From contig CAXXJJ010000004.1 of assembly GCA_963667015.2 (NCBI GenBank), forward strand, positions 1,696,001-1,760,000: a stretch of DNA of 64,000 bases, written 5' to 3'. Origin of the DNA: Desulfatiglandales bacterium (lineage in GTDB: Bacteria > Desulfobacterota > DSM-4660 > Desulfatiglandales > HGW-15). The first letter of the stretch is position 1. Each line of letters starts with the position of its first letter. A program made the translations under genes and the position numbers. This document shows, piece by piece, positions 28,937-37,879 of this stretch. A model generated the notes under the pieces. The model saw only the letters and a program-made list of their open reading frames with translations, had not been told where the DNA came from and did not search any database.

Positions 28937-30298
28937 ATGAGTGATTCATCTAATAATATACTCTGGACAGCATCCGACATTGCTATTCCTGAAGATATAT
29001 GGAAACGGCTGGAGGATCGCGGCTTCAAGGTTCTGATGTCCGATAAGAGTATGGATGTAAATGAAAAGATTGACAGTCTTTCACCACGCCTGTGGGTCGG
29101 TCAGATAAATGGAAATTCCGAATCCGTACTTACACAGTTAAAGGATATTAAAGGTAAAAAGCCCCTTCTTCCGGTTATCCTGATCGCACTTCATTCAAAT
29201 GTTGAAGATGCGATAAACGCTATTAAACTGGGGGCATTCGAATACCTTAACGGCAAATCTTCGTCGGAAAAATTATGGGCTACCCTTGAGGCGGCACTTG
29301 ATGATTATTATGTCCCTTCGACTCCCCAGCTCAACAGGACAAAACCGGAAAACAAAAAGAAAAAACTCATAGCCACACACCCTTCCATGGAAAAACTTCT
29401 TCAGATGGCAAAAAAGATAGCACCCAGCCGCTCTACTGTTTTAATAAGGGGTGAAACAGGGGTAGGAAAAGAGGTAATGGCCAGGTATATCCATGAAAAC
29501 AGTGACAGGAAGGACAATCCTTTTATCGCTGTAAACTGTGCCGCGCTTCCCGAAAACCTGCTGGAGAGCGAGCTGTTCGGTCATGAGAAGGGCGCTTTCA
29601 CCGGTGCAGTAAACCGGAAAAAAGGTAAGTTTGAACTTGCAAGCGGGGGTACTCTTCTTCTTGATGAGATAAGTGAAATGGCCGTCTCTATCCAGGCAAA
29701 ATTACTTCGGGTGCTGCAGGAGAGAGAAATCGACAGGGTTGGCGGCCAGTATACGATCCCAGTTGATACAAGGGTTATCGCAACAACCAACAGAGAACTT
29801 GAAGATGAGATCAAAGAAGGTAATTTCCGGAGTGATCTTTATTACAGACTCAATGTAGTCCCGCTGCTGCTCCCTCCGCTGCGGGAAAGGGCTGATGATA
29901 TAGGCCCCCTTGGAGAGTTTTTTCTGGAAAAGCACTGCAGTCTTAATAACGTTCCTTTGAAAAAACTTGCACCCGATGCCATCTCATATCTTAAAACTAA
30001 AGAATGGCCTGGAAATATCAGGGAATTTGAAAACCTGATAGAAAGATCTACTCTTCTGGTTGACTCGGAAAAAATTTCCGCCTCAGATCTTGAAATGATC
30101 TTCGGTCCGGGAGATCAGTCTCCACCCGCGGCAGGTATTAATCATTCACTCATTCCATTGAGAGAAATGGAAAAAAAGATGATTATGAAGGCACTGGATG
30201 ATCACAAGGGAAATCGGACACATGCAGCTAAAATACTTGGTATCAGCGTACGAACACTCAGAAACAAGCTCCATGAGTATGAAGATGATATGCCCTGA
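28937..30298 (+). CDS. Sigma54-dependent activator with degenerate receiver domain (FleR/FlrC-like)
   Basis: GETGVGKE, GAFTGA, WPGNIREFEN, HTH NRTHAAKILGISVRTLRNKL; precedes flgB. Confidence 0.88.
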   Translation: MSDSSNNILWTASDIAIPEDIWKRLEDRGFKVLMSDKSMDVNEKIDSLSPRLWVGQINGNSESVLTQLKDIKGKKPLLPVILIALHSNVEDAINAIKLGAFEYLNGKSSSEKLWATLEAALDDYYVPSTPQLNRTKPENKKKKLIATHPSMEKLLQMAKKIAPSRSTVLIRGETGVGKEVMARYIHENSDRKDNPFIAVNCAALPENLLESELFGHEKGAFTGAVNRKKGKFELASGGTLLLDEISEMAVSIQAKLLRVLQEREIDRVGGQYTIPVDTRVIATTNRELEDEIKEGNFRSDLYYRLNVVPLLLPPLRERADDIGPLGEFFLEKHCSLNNVPLKKLAPDAISYLKTKEWPGNIREFENLIERSTLLVDSEKISASDLEMIFGPGDQSPPAAGINHSLIPLREMEKKMIMKALDDHKGNRTHAAKILGISVRTLRNKLHEYEDDMP

Positions 30299-30319
30299 TT
30301 CTGAAAAACCCTTTTTAAC

Positions 30320-30588
30320 GTCAATTTTTCGACACATTTTTTATTGTTTTTAAGCCAAAAACCTGCCGGATTTTTGTCACTCTTACTTTATCGTTAATTA
30401 AATTCTTTGATTCTTTTAAGAAACAGGGAAACACGCAAAACTGGATTCATTATATTTTAATCTTACATATCAACAGGTTACATTAATCCAATAACTCAAC
30501 CGGAGAAAATCATATTTTCAGGCAAAAGGTCCTAGTTTATTATTTTTCGGAGATAAATAAGACATCCCTGATTGGTATCTCTTTTGCA
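30320..30588 (+). promoter_or_regulatory. flgB promoter: FleQ-type box, IHF site and sigma54 element
   Basis: GTCAATTTTTCGAC 30320-33; TATCAACAGGTTA 30468-80 (WATCAANNNNTTR); TGGTATCTCTTTTGCA 30573-88. Confidence 0.75.
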
Positions 30589-30618
30589 AGCAATGTATAT
30601 ATAAAAAAAGGAGGCCAT

Positions 30619-31038
30619 ATGGATAAAATACTTACCGGACAAAACATGTTTATGGACAGGACTTCAAAACTCCTCTCAAAGGTACTTGATTTCCGGGCAG
30701 TCAGGCAGAATGTAATCTCAGCCAATCTCGCCAATTCCGAAACTCCAGGATTCATCCAGAAAGAATTTCCCTTTGAGCAGGAACTCCAGAAGGCCTTTGA
30801 TAAAAGCAGTATAAAAATGGAAAAATCCGATCCGGATCACCTCTCGGTCAGTGAGCACATTATGGAAAACAGTTTTGATCCATACAGGCTTATAAGAGAA
30901 TATGGAAAACCGAATGAGCTTAACATTGATACGGAAATGGCAAAAATGGCCCAGAACAATCTTATGTATGAAGCATCAACCCGCCTGCTTTCAAAGAAGT
31001 TTGAACTCTTGAAGGCAGTTATTGATTCAAGGAGGTAA
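30619..31038 (+). CDS. flgB: Flagellar basal-body rod protein FlgB
   Basis: RQNVISANLANSETPGF...NIDTEMAKMAQNNLMYEA. Confidence 0.95.
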   Translation: MDKILTGQNMFMDRTSKLLSKVLDFRAVRQNVISANLANSETPGFIQKEFPFEQELQKAFDKSSIKMEKSDPDHLSVSEHIMENSFDPYRLIREYGKPNELNIDTEMAKMAQNNLMYEASTRLLSKKFELLKAVIDSRR

Positions 31039-31041
31039 GAA

Positions 31042-31479
31042 ATGGATTTATTAAAATGTATGGATATAGCCGCAAGCGGAATGACTGCCCAGAGAACAAG
31101 GCTGAATGTTATATCCATGAACCTTGCAAATGCCAACACTACCAAGACAGAAGACGGGACACCCTACAGAAGAAAAACAGCCATATTCCGGACTGTTCCA
31201 ATAACAACTTCATTTGAAGATCAATTAACAAATTCAATCGATAATCAAATTTCTTCGGTTGAGGTTACAAAGATAGCCTCTGTTCCCGGAGAACTTAAAA
31301 AGATATTTGATCCTTCACATCCGGATGCAGATGAAACCGGTTACCTCTATCTCCCCAATGTAAACCTGGTTGAAGAAATGGTCCAGATGCTTAACGCCAA
31401 CAGGTCTTACGAAGCCAATGCCTCGGCAATAAAGGCGGCCAAGGATATGGCCATCAAGGCCCTTGAAATAGGCAGATAG
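31042..31479 (+). CDS. flgC: Flagellar basal-body rod protein FlgC
   Basis: ASGMTAQRTRLNVISMNLANA...PYRRK...DPSHPDAD..GY...PNVN. Confidence 0.97.
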   Translation: MDLLKCMDIAASGMTAQRTRLNVISMNLANANTTKTEDGTPYRRKTAIFRTVPITTSFEDQLTNSIDNQISSVEVTKIASVPGELKKIFDPSHPDADETGYLYLPNVNLVEEMVQMLNANRSYEANASAIKAAKDMAIKALEIGR

Positions 31480-31490
31480 GGAGGAATCAC

Positions 31491-31793
31491 ATGGTTCAAC
31501 CGGGAGAAATTCAGGGAAATTACGGAAACTTTTTTAACTCGCCCCAAACTAACAAAGCAGAAAAGAATACCGGCAATTCCTTTCAACACACGCTGGCTGA
31601 ATTGGTGAGTGGCGTAGATAATCAGATAAAGGAATCAGATCAGCTGACGGAAGACTTTGCAATGGGCAAGAACAATAATCTCCATGAAGTGATGATCGCA
31701 TCAGAAAAAGCCGGAATATCCCTTAAATTTTTATTACAGATAAGAAATAAACTGCTTGATGCCTACCAGGAAATCATGAGGATGAGTTTTTAA
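31491..31793 (+). CDS. fliE: Hook-basal body protein FliE
   Basis: LHEVMIASEKA...IRNKLLDAYQEIMRM. Confidence 0.96.
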   Translation: MVQPGEIQGNYGNFFNSPQTNKAEKNTGNSFQHTLAELVSGVDNQIKESDQLTEDFAMGKNNNLHEVMIASEKAGISLKFLLQIRNKLLDAYQEIMRMSF

Positions 31794-31843
31794 ATCAGGC
31801 ATAAGCTTACTTTTTATGAATCAGGACTAGAACAGGAGCAAAT

Positions 31844-33421
31844 ATGGCGGAAGGTGTCGGGAACATAATAGAGGTCTTCAAGGCAATACCTGCCGGGAAA
31901 CGGATTTCTTTTTTAATAACATTCGTTATTGTTGTAGGCGGTTTTGTCGCGCTGTTGACATATACTAACCGGCCGAATTATATGGCACTGTTCACTGATA
32001 TGGATTTGGCTGAAGCCTCAAAGGTAGTCGAAAAACTGAAAGAAAAGGGAGTGAAATACACAACCAGCGACGGTGGTTCAACTATTAAGGTACCCGATGA
32101 CAAGTTCAACGAAATGAAAATGTATATGGCTGCCGAAGGAATCGTTACTAAAGGCGGTACAGTGGGCTTTGAGATATTTGATGATATATCCTTTGGAACA
32201 ACTGAATTTGTACAAAAAGTTAAGTATAGGCAGGCTATGGAAGGTGAACTCGCAAGAGCAATAAGAGAGTTTGACACTATCGATAATGCCATAGTTAAAA
32301 TTGTCGCTGCGGGGGATTCACTTTTTGCAGAAGAAGAAAGACCAGCCACTGCATCGGTCCTTGTAAGACTTCATGCAGGAAGAAAGCTGACCCCAAGGCA
32401 GCTTCAGGGGATAATCAACCTTGTCTCAGGTTCTGTTGAAGGCCTGAAACCTGAAAATGTATCAATTGTAGATATGGCAGGCGGCATTCTCACAAAGGGA
32501 AGTGGCAAAGATGGGATGGGAGAGATCAGCAACGATCAGTTCGAATATCAGCGCAGGCTTGAAGAGACCTATGAAAAACAGATTATAAGCATGCTTGAGC
32601 CTGTTGTAGGCATAAACAATGTCGTTGCAAAGGTATCGGTTGATGTTGATTATAAAAGAGTTAACCAGACTGAAGAAAATTATGATCCTGACAGCCAGGT
32701 AATAGTAAGCGAAGTGAGACAGAAGGAAAGCAATACTGACGGCAGCAAGATTGCACAGGGCTCCCCGGACCTGTTAAATCAGGGGGTGCAGACAGGTTCC
32801 GAGCTTTCAGGAACAGCATCCAATCTTTACGAAAAGGAAAGCTCAACAATTAATTATAAAATTAACAAGCTTAACCGTCAGACCATTAATGAATCGGGGA
32901 AGATACAGCGTCTCTCTGCATCGGTAATAATAGACGGCCCCTATGAAACCACGGATGGTGAAAAGACATTCAAAGGATACAGTCGGAAAGAGAAAAAGAC
33001 CTTTGAGGATATGGTAAAAAATGCCATTGGTTTTGACTCTGAACGGGGAGACCAGGTAACTGTATCCAACGATGTCCCCTTCAGCATGAGCGAAGAAAGC
33101 ATGATGGAAATTCCTGCAGCAGGTTCTGAGGGCTGGATTGAGTACCTCAAGAAAATGAGCAAACCGATCCTGAACATTGTAATTATAGCGCTGTTCTTCC
33201 TTATCGCCATAAAACCCTTTAAAAAATGGTTGAACCAGACAAGTGAGTTTGTATCTACAAGAGCACTGTCACAGGGAAGTGCAACAACCGAAATGACTCC
33301 AGCAGATGCAGGTGAGAGGTATGAAAGGCAAAACGAAAAACTCAAACTTCTTGAAGCGACAAAACAAAATCCTGATATTGCAGCTGATATTATTAAAACC
33401 TGGCTTAATGAGGTGAGTTAA
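31844..33421 (+). CDS. fliF: MS-ring protein FliF
   Basis: GFEIFD...GTTEF..Y.QAMEGELAR, ATASV, SVEGL, RGDQV; two TM segments. Confidence 0.96.
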   Translation: MAEGVGNIIEVFKAIPAGKRISFLITFVIVVGGFVALLTYTNRPNYMALFTDMDLAEASKVVEKLKEKGVKYTTSDGGSTIKVPDDKFNEMKMYMAAEGIVTKGGTVGFEIFDDISFGTTEFVQKVKYRQAMEGELARAIREFDTIDNAIVKIVAAGDSLFAEEERPATASVLVRLHAGRKLTPRQLQGIINLVSGSVEGLKPENVSIVDMAGGILTKGSGKDGMGEISNDQFEYQRRLEETYEKQIISMLEPVVGINNVVAKVSVDVDYKRVNQTEENYDPDSQVIVSEVRQKESNTDGSKIAQGSPDLLNQGVQTGSELSGTASNLYEKESSTINYKINKLNRQTINESGKIQRLSASVIIDGPYETTDGEKTFKGYSRKEKKTFEDMVKNAIGFDSERGDQVTVSNDVPFSMSEESMMEIPAAGSEGWIEYLKKMSKPILNIVIIALFFLIAIKPFKKWLNQTSEFVSTRALSQGSATTEMTPADAGERYERQNEKLKLLEATKQNPDIAADIIKTWLNEVS

Positions 33422-34429
33422 TTGGAAAACAGGGTATTTTTAGACGGCAAAAAAAAGGCTGCCATATTCCTGATGGTTATGGGAGAGAATTTTACAGCCG
33501 ATGTATTTCGTCACCTGGATGACAGAGAGGTAAAACTCCTTGGCGAAGAGATGGCGACGATCAAAAAGGTTGACTCGAACACTGTCTCTGTAGTTATGAA
33601 TGAATTCACCAGAGAGATGGGCGACGGAAGCATGGGCCTGTCCGGGAGAGACTTTCTTCAGAAAACCATGCCAAAGGCATTTGATACAAAAAAGGCCGAT
33701 GAGCTGCTCGGAGACCTGCTCTCAAAGGGAAATGAAAAATCATTTGAAAAACTCAGCACCTATAATCCTACAATACTGGCTAATATGCTCATGTCAGAGC
33801 ACCCTCAGACCATCGCACTCATACTGGTTAACATGAAATATGCCACAGCAGCGGAAATCATCAGATTTTTACCGGAACACCTCCAGGGAGAGGTAATCAT
33901 TCGCATAGCAGATCTTGATGATGTACCCTCCGAGATAGTTGAGGAAGTACATGATGTTGTGGATGAAATGCTGTCAGACATGGGTAAGGAAACCCATGCC
34001 AATCAGGGAGGAATCGAGGCGGCGGCAGAAATATTAAACAATATGGATAACCAGACTGAAAACAACATTTTTGACAAGATAGAAACGGTAAGGGAAGAAC
34101 TTGCAGATGAAATAAGGCAGAAGATGTTCGTATTTGCCGATCTTGTCACACTTGATGACCGTTCAATCAGGGCGCTGCTCAAGGAAGTCAGCAATGATGA
34201 ACTTATTCTTGCCCTTAAGACAAGTTCACAGGAACTGGCTGAGAAGATATTCGGCAATATCAGTCAGCGTGCAGCCGAAATGATGAAGGAAGATATGGAA
34301 GTAATGGGCCCGGTTAAACTGAAGGATGTGGAGCAGGCACAGCTCAATATTGTCAAGGCAGCCAGAAGACTTGAAGAAGAAGGTAAAATAGTACTCGGAG
34401 GCAAGGGAGGTGAAGACATCCTTGTCTAG
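33422..34429 (+). CDS. fliG: Motor switch protein FliG
   Basis: KAAIFL, EHPQTIAL, GGIEAAAEILN, MFVFADL. Confidence 0.97.
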   Translation: MENRVFLDGKKKAAIFLMVMGENFTADVFRHLDDREVKLLGEEMATIKKVDSNTVSVVMNEFTREMGDGSMGLSGRDFLQKTMPKAFDTKKADELLGDLLSKGNEKSFEKLSTYNPTILANMLMSEHPQTIALILVNMKYATAAEIIRFLPEHLQGEVIIRIADLDDVPSEIVEEVHDVVDEMLSDMGKETHANQGGIEAAAEILNNMDNQTENNIFDKIETVREELADEIRQKMFVFADLVTLDDRSIRALLKEVSNDELILALKTSSQELAEKIFGNISQRAAEMMKEDMEVMGPVKLKDVEQAQLNIVKAARRLEEEGKIVLGGKGGEDILV

Positions 34430-35135
34430 TCATGATAAAAATGATTTCTCGGATCTGTTCAATGTTGAGACCTTCAGGACGGATGAAATGGCACCTGAAG
34501 GAAGTCAGGCATCCGGTTCAATAGCCAAAGCGGATGATTCTGTAATCTCATGGAACTTCCCTGCCATAGAAAGAGAAGACCCCACTACCGAGGAAGATTT
34601 CAAATCAAAAATAGCACGGCTTGAAAGAGAGGCATATGAGAAGGGCTTTGCCCAGGGCCAGAGAGACGGCCTGGATCTGGAGAAATCCAAAATGGAGGAG
34701 ATGGGAAGGCAGTATGAAGCCCTGCTGGCCGAATTAAGAGATCTCAAGATACATATATTACGTGATTCAGAAGGAGAAATGCTCAAGCTTGTTGAGCTCA
34801 TTATAAAAAAGGTTATCGGCGAAGAAATAAAAACCAGTGAATCAGTAATAAGGCACAGCATTAAATCAGCAGCCAAATTTTTAACCGATAAGAGAAAGGT
34901 ACGGATCATCATAAATCCTGATGACATGGAGGAGGTAAAAAAAATGCTACCCGACCTTTCCAGACTGACCAAGGGGGGAAATTTTCAACTGACAGAAGAT
35001 CCCTCTGTCGGTAAAGGCGGCTGCATGCTTGAAACAGGGTTTGGCCGTGTAAATGCCACTATCGAGGATCAACTCGATGAACTCATCAAGGTTATTGATA
35101 AAGAATATCTCATGATCACAAAGGGTAAGCCATGA
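34410..35135 (+). CDS. fliH: Flagellar assembly protein FliH
   Basis: AYEKGFAQG repeat, NPDD, GGC.LET..G.VNATI. Confidence 0.9.
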   Translation: MKTSLSSHDKNDFSDLFNVETFRTDEMAPEGSQASGSIAKADDSVISWNFPAIEREDPTTEEDFKSKIARLEREAYEKGFAQGQRDGLDLEKSKMEEMGRQYEALLAELRDLKIHILRDSEGEMLKLVELIIKKVIGEEIKTSESVIRHSIKSAAKFLTDKRKVRIIINPDDMEEVKKMLPDLSRLTKGGNFQLTEDPSVGKGGCMLETGFGRVNATIEDQLDELIKVIDKEYLMITKGKP

Positions 35136-36454
35136 AAATAGCCCTTGACAGATATTTCGAAAGGATAAATTCAATATCCCCGATTACCGTTTCAGGGCAG
35201 GTTACCAAGGTCGTGGGTAATGTTATCGAAGGGAATGGTCCGGCAATGCCTGTGGGAGGAATCTGCCAGATAATTTCAAGGAATGTAAAGGATCCCATCA
35301 ACGCCGAGGTAATAGGGTTCAGAGACCAGAATATTCTACTCATGCCCCTTGGAAAATCCGATGGTGTTGAACCGGGAAGTTCAATAACAGCAATGAGTTT
35401 TGCTGCATCAATCGACGTCGGCTTCGATATGCTTGGAAGGGTTCTGGACGGTCTCGGCAATCCGCTTGACGGCGGGCCGCCGATTAAAATCGATACGACT
35501 ATCCCCCTGTATTCACAGCCGGTAAATCCGCTTGAAAGAAACCGTATTGTAGAACCGCTTACTGTAGGAGTACGCTCAATAGACTGTCTCAATACCCTGG
35601 CAAAGGGACAAAGGGCAGCCATAATGGCTGGATCAGGAGTTGGAAAAAGCAAACTCCTCGGCATGATGGCAAAATTCACCAAGGCCGATGTCAATGTGAT
35701 CGGCCTTATTGGAGAACGAGGAAGAGAAGTAAAGGAATTCATCGAACGTGATCTTGGTGAAGAAGGCTTAAAAAGATCGATCGTTATCGCTGCCACCTCT
35801 GACACTTCTCCTCTCATCAGAATGAGAGGCGCATATCTTACAGCGGCAATAGCCGAATTTTTCAGGGAACAGAATAAGGATGTACTGCTCATGATGGATT
35901 CGGTTACAAGGTTTGCAATGGCAGCGAGAGAGATAGGGCTTTCAGCCGGAGAGCCGCCCACCAGCAAGGCCTATCCGCCCAGCACATTTTCGCATCTGCC
36001 GAGGCTTCTGGAACGGGCAGGTACAAGTAAATGTAACGGATCCATAACCGGCATATACACGGTTCTTGTCGAAGGTGACGATATGAATGAACCAATAGCC
36101 GATGCCGTAAGATCCATTGTAGACGGGCATATTGTACTGGACAGATCTCTTGCTGCAAGGGGACACTACCCTGCTGTTAATGTGCTTTCAAGCATAAGCA
36201 GACTGATGACTGATGTGGTGCCCAGAAACCATCTTGATCTTTCCTATAAATTCAGAAGAATCCTGGCGGATTATTCAAAGATTGAGGACCTTGTGAACCT
36301 TGGAGCATATGAAAGAGGGAATAACAGGAATACTGATCTTGCCCTTCAAATGATAGACTCCCTGAATAATTTTTTAAGGCAGGATATGCTTGAGGGGAGC
36401 ACAATGGATGCATCAGTAGCAGAAATGACAAAACTTCTTGCAAAGACCAATTAG
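35132..36454 (+). CDS. fliI: Flagellar export ATPase FliI
   Basis: AGSGVGKS, IGERGREV, DSVTRFAMAAREIGL, DGHIVL. Confidence 0.97.
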   Translation: MKIALDRYFERINSISPITVSGQVTKVVGNVIEGNGPAMPVGGICQIISRNVKDPINAEVIGFRDQNILLMPLGKSDGVEPGSSITAMSFAASIDVGFDMLGRVLDGLGNPLDGGPPIKIDTTIPLYSQPVNPLERNRIVEPLTVGVRSIDCLNTLAKGQRAAIMAGSGVGKSKLLGMMAKFTKADVNVIGLIGERGREVKEFIERDLGEEGLKRSIVIAATSDTSPLIRMRGAYLTAAIAEFFREQNKDVLLMMDSVTRFAMAAREIGLSAGEPPTSKAYPPSTFSHLPRLLERAGTSKCNGSITGIYTVLVEGDDMNEPIADAVRSIVDGHIVLDRSLAARGHYPAVNVLSSISRLMTDVVPRNHLDLSYKFRRILADYSKIEDLVNLGAYERGNNRNTDLALQMIDSLNNFLRQDMLEGSTMDASVAEMTKLLAKTN

Positions 36455-36470
36455 CGACTGAGAGGGATCA

Positions 36471-36920
36471 ATGCCTTTGAAATTCAAATTCAGGTTCGAG
36501 TCCTTACTGTCCTACAGGGAACACCTGAAGGAAAAGGCCGCCATCGAATTTGCAAGGGCACAGGCAGCCGTAAGAAGAATAGAGGATCAGATTGCTGCCT
36601 ACAGTAATGAGATAACAAAGGCAAATGATGAACTTGAAATAAAAATGCGCAATACAATGTCATCCAATGACATAATAAACCATTCGGAATTTATCAATGC
36701 ACTGCTGGTCAGGATTGAAATAAAAAAAATAGAGCGTATCAAAGCCGACCAGGTATTAATTCAGAAAAGAAAAAATCTGCTTGAAAAATCCAGGCAATGT
36801 AAGGTTTTTGAAAAATTAAAGGAAAGGGATTTAGAAAAATGGCGCCACGACCAGAATCAATTGGAACTCAAGGAAATAAACGAAGCAGCGGTAATACGAC
36901 ACGGAAAAAGTTTTCTCTAA
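36471..36920 (+). CDS. fliJ: Flagellar export protein FliJ
   Basis: FKFRFESLLSYR...KVFEKLKER...ELKEINE; follows fliI. Confidence 0.9.
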   Translation: MPLKFKFRFESLLSYREHLKEKAAIEFARAQAAVRRIEDQIAAYSNEITKANDELEIKMRNTMSSNDIINHSEFINALLVRIEIKKIERIKADQVLIQKRKNLLEKSRQCKVFEKLKERDLEKWRHDQNQLELKEINEAAVIRHGKSFL

Positions 36921-37471
36921 GGCCCAACTTCTTTGTAACCACACTGGCGCTGTTCTTTTTCCTTCTTGCTGCCAAGGTGATTATCAGCGGCATTTTTCTG
37001 GGATCATCTTCTCTGGATATTACGACTCCGGATGTAGCCATGGCACAGGAAGTGGTTACCGAAGAAGACCAGAGCCTGGAAGAGTGGGAACTTAAGCTCC
37101 GTAAGAGGGAGAAAGAACTTGAAGAAAAAGAGGCTGAACTGAAAAAAATGGAGGCACAGCTCCTGCCCCTTAAAGAAGAAGTAGAAACCAGAATGGGAGA
37201 GCTCAATGATCTTCAAAACAGCCTGGCAGCAGAGGCAACGAAACTTGCAGAACGAGAAAAGGCCCTGCAGGATAATAAAATCACCCACCTTGTAAAACTA
37301 TACAGTTCCATGGAGGCCCAGAAGGCAGCAGCAATTATGGACAAACTGGAACTGGATACAGTAGTACGAATTCTTGGGAATATGAAGGGCAAGGCTGCAG
37401 GCGAAATCATGGCAATGATGACCCCGGACAGGGGTGCAACAATTAGCGAAAGACTCAGCGAGTTTGAGTAG
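36839..37471 (+). CDS. MotE/YlxF-like flagellar protein (TM, coiled coil, MgtE-N-like domain)
   Basis: LVKLYSSMEAQKAAAIM...ILGNM....AGEIMAMM.P; follows fliJ; start uncertain. Confidence 0.75.
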   Translation: MAPRPESIGTQGNKRSSGNTTRKKFSLRPNFFVTTLALFFFLLAAKVIISGIFLGSSSLDITTPDVAMAQEVVTEEDQSLEEWELKLRKREKELEEKEAELKKMEAQLLPLKEEVETRMGELNDLQNSLAAEATKLAEREKALQDNKITHLVKLYSSMEAQKAAAIMDKLELDTVVRILGNMKGKAAGEIMAMMTPDRGATISERLSEFE

Positions 37472-37500
37472 CATCCTTTTTCTCAAAAAATATTTAATCG

Positions 37501-37533
37501 GTAGAGACTGGTTTTAAACCCGTCTCTTTTTTA
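37501..37533 (+). terminator. REP-like hairpin acting as terminator
   Basis: GTAGAGACTGGTTTTAAACCCGTCTCT followed by a T-tract. Confidence 0.55.
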
Positions 37534-37776
37534 TTTTATCTCCTTCAAGTCGGACCACCTGATTTTTTTTCATATAAACTACATAGAGAGAACAGGTTTT
37601 CTCTCCTATTCATGACACCGGTATCCCTTTAGAAAATAATTCAAAAATCGAACAATTTTCCGGTCAAATGTTTTCATTGGAAATGGAAAGACTACCGGGA
37701 AAAAATTACCTACTCATATTTTCAAATGGCATTTTTTACCAATATCTCATGTAAAACAGAAATCCCCTTAAGGGAG

Positions 37777-37833
37777 TAAATTATTGATTTTACGGTGTTT
37801 ATCCTGAATGCAGGTTTTGGCACAGCCATTGCT
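37777..37833 (+). promoter_or_regulatory. fliK promoter: IHF site and sigma54 element
   Basis: AATCAATAATTTA on the minus strand at 37777-89; TGGCACAGCCATTGCT 37818-33. Confidence 0.8.
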
Positions 37834-37879
37834 TTAAAGGAGATCAGGAAAAATAACTTTTTACACACAGGGAAACTTA

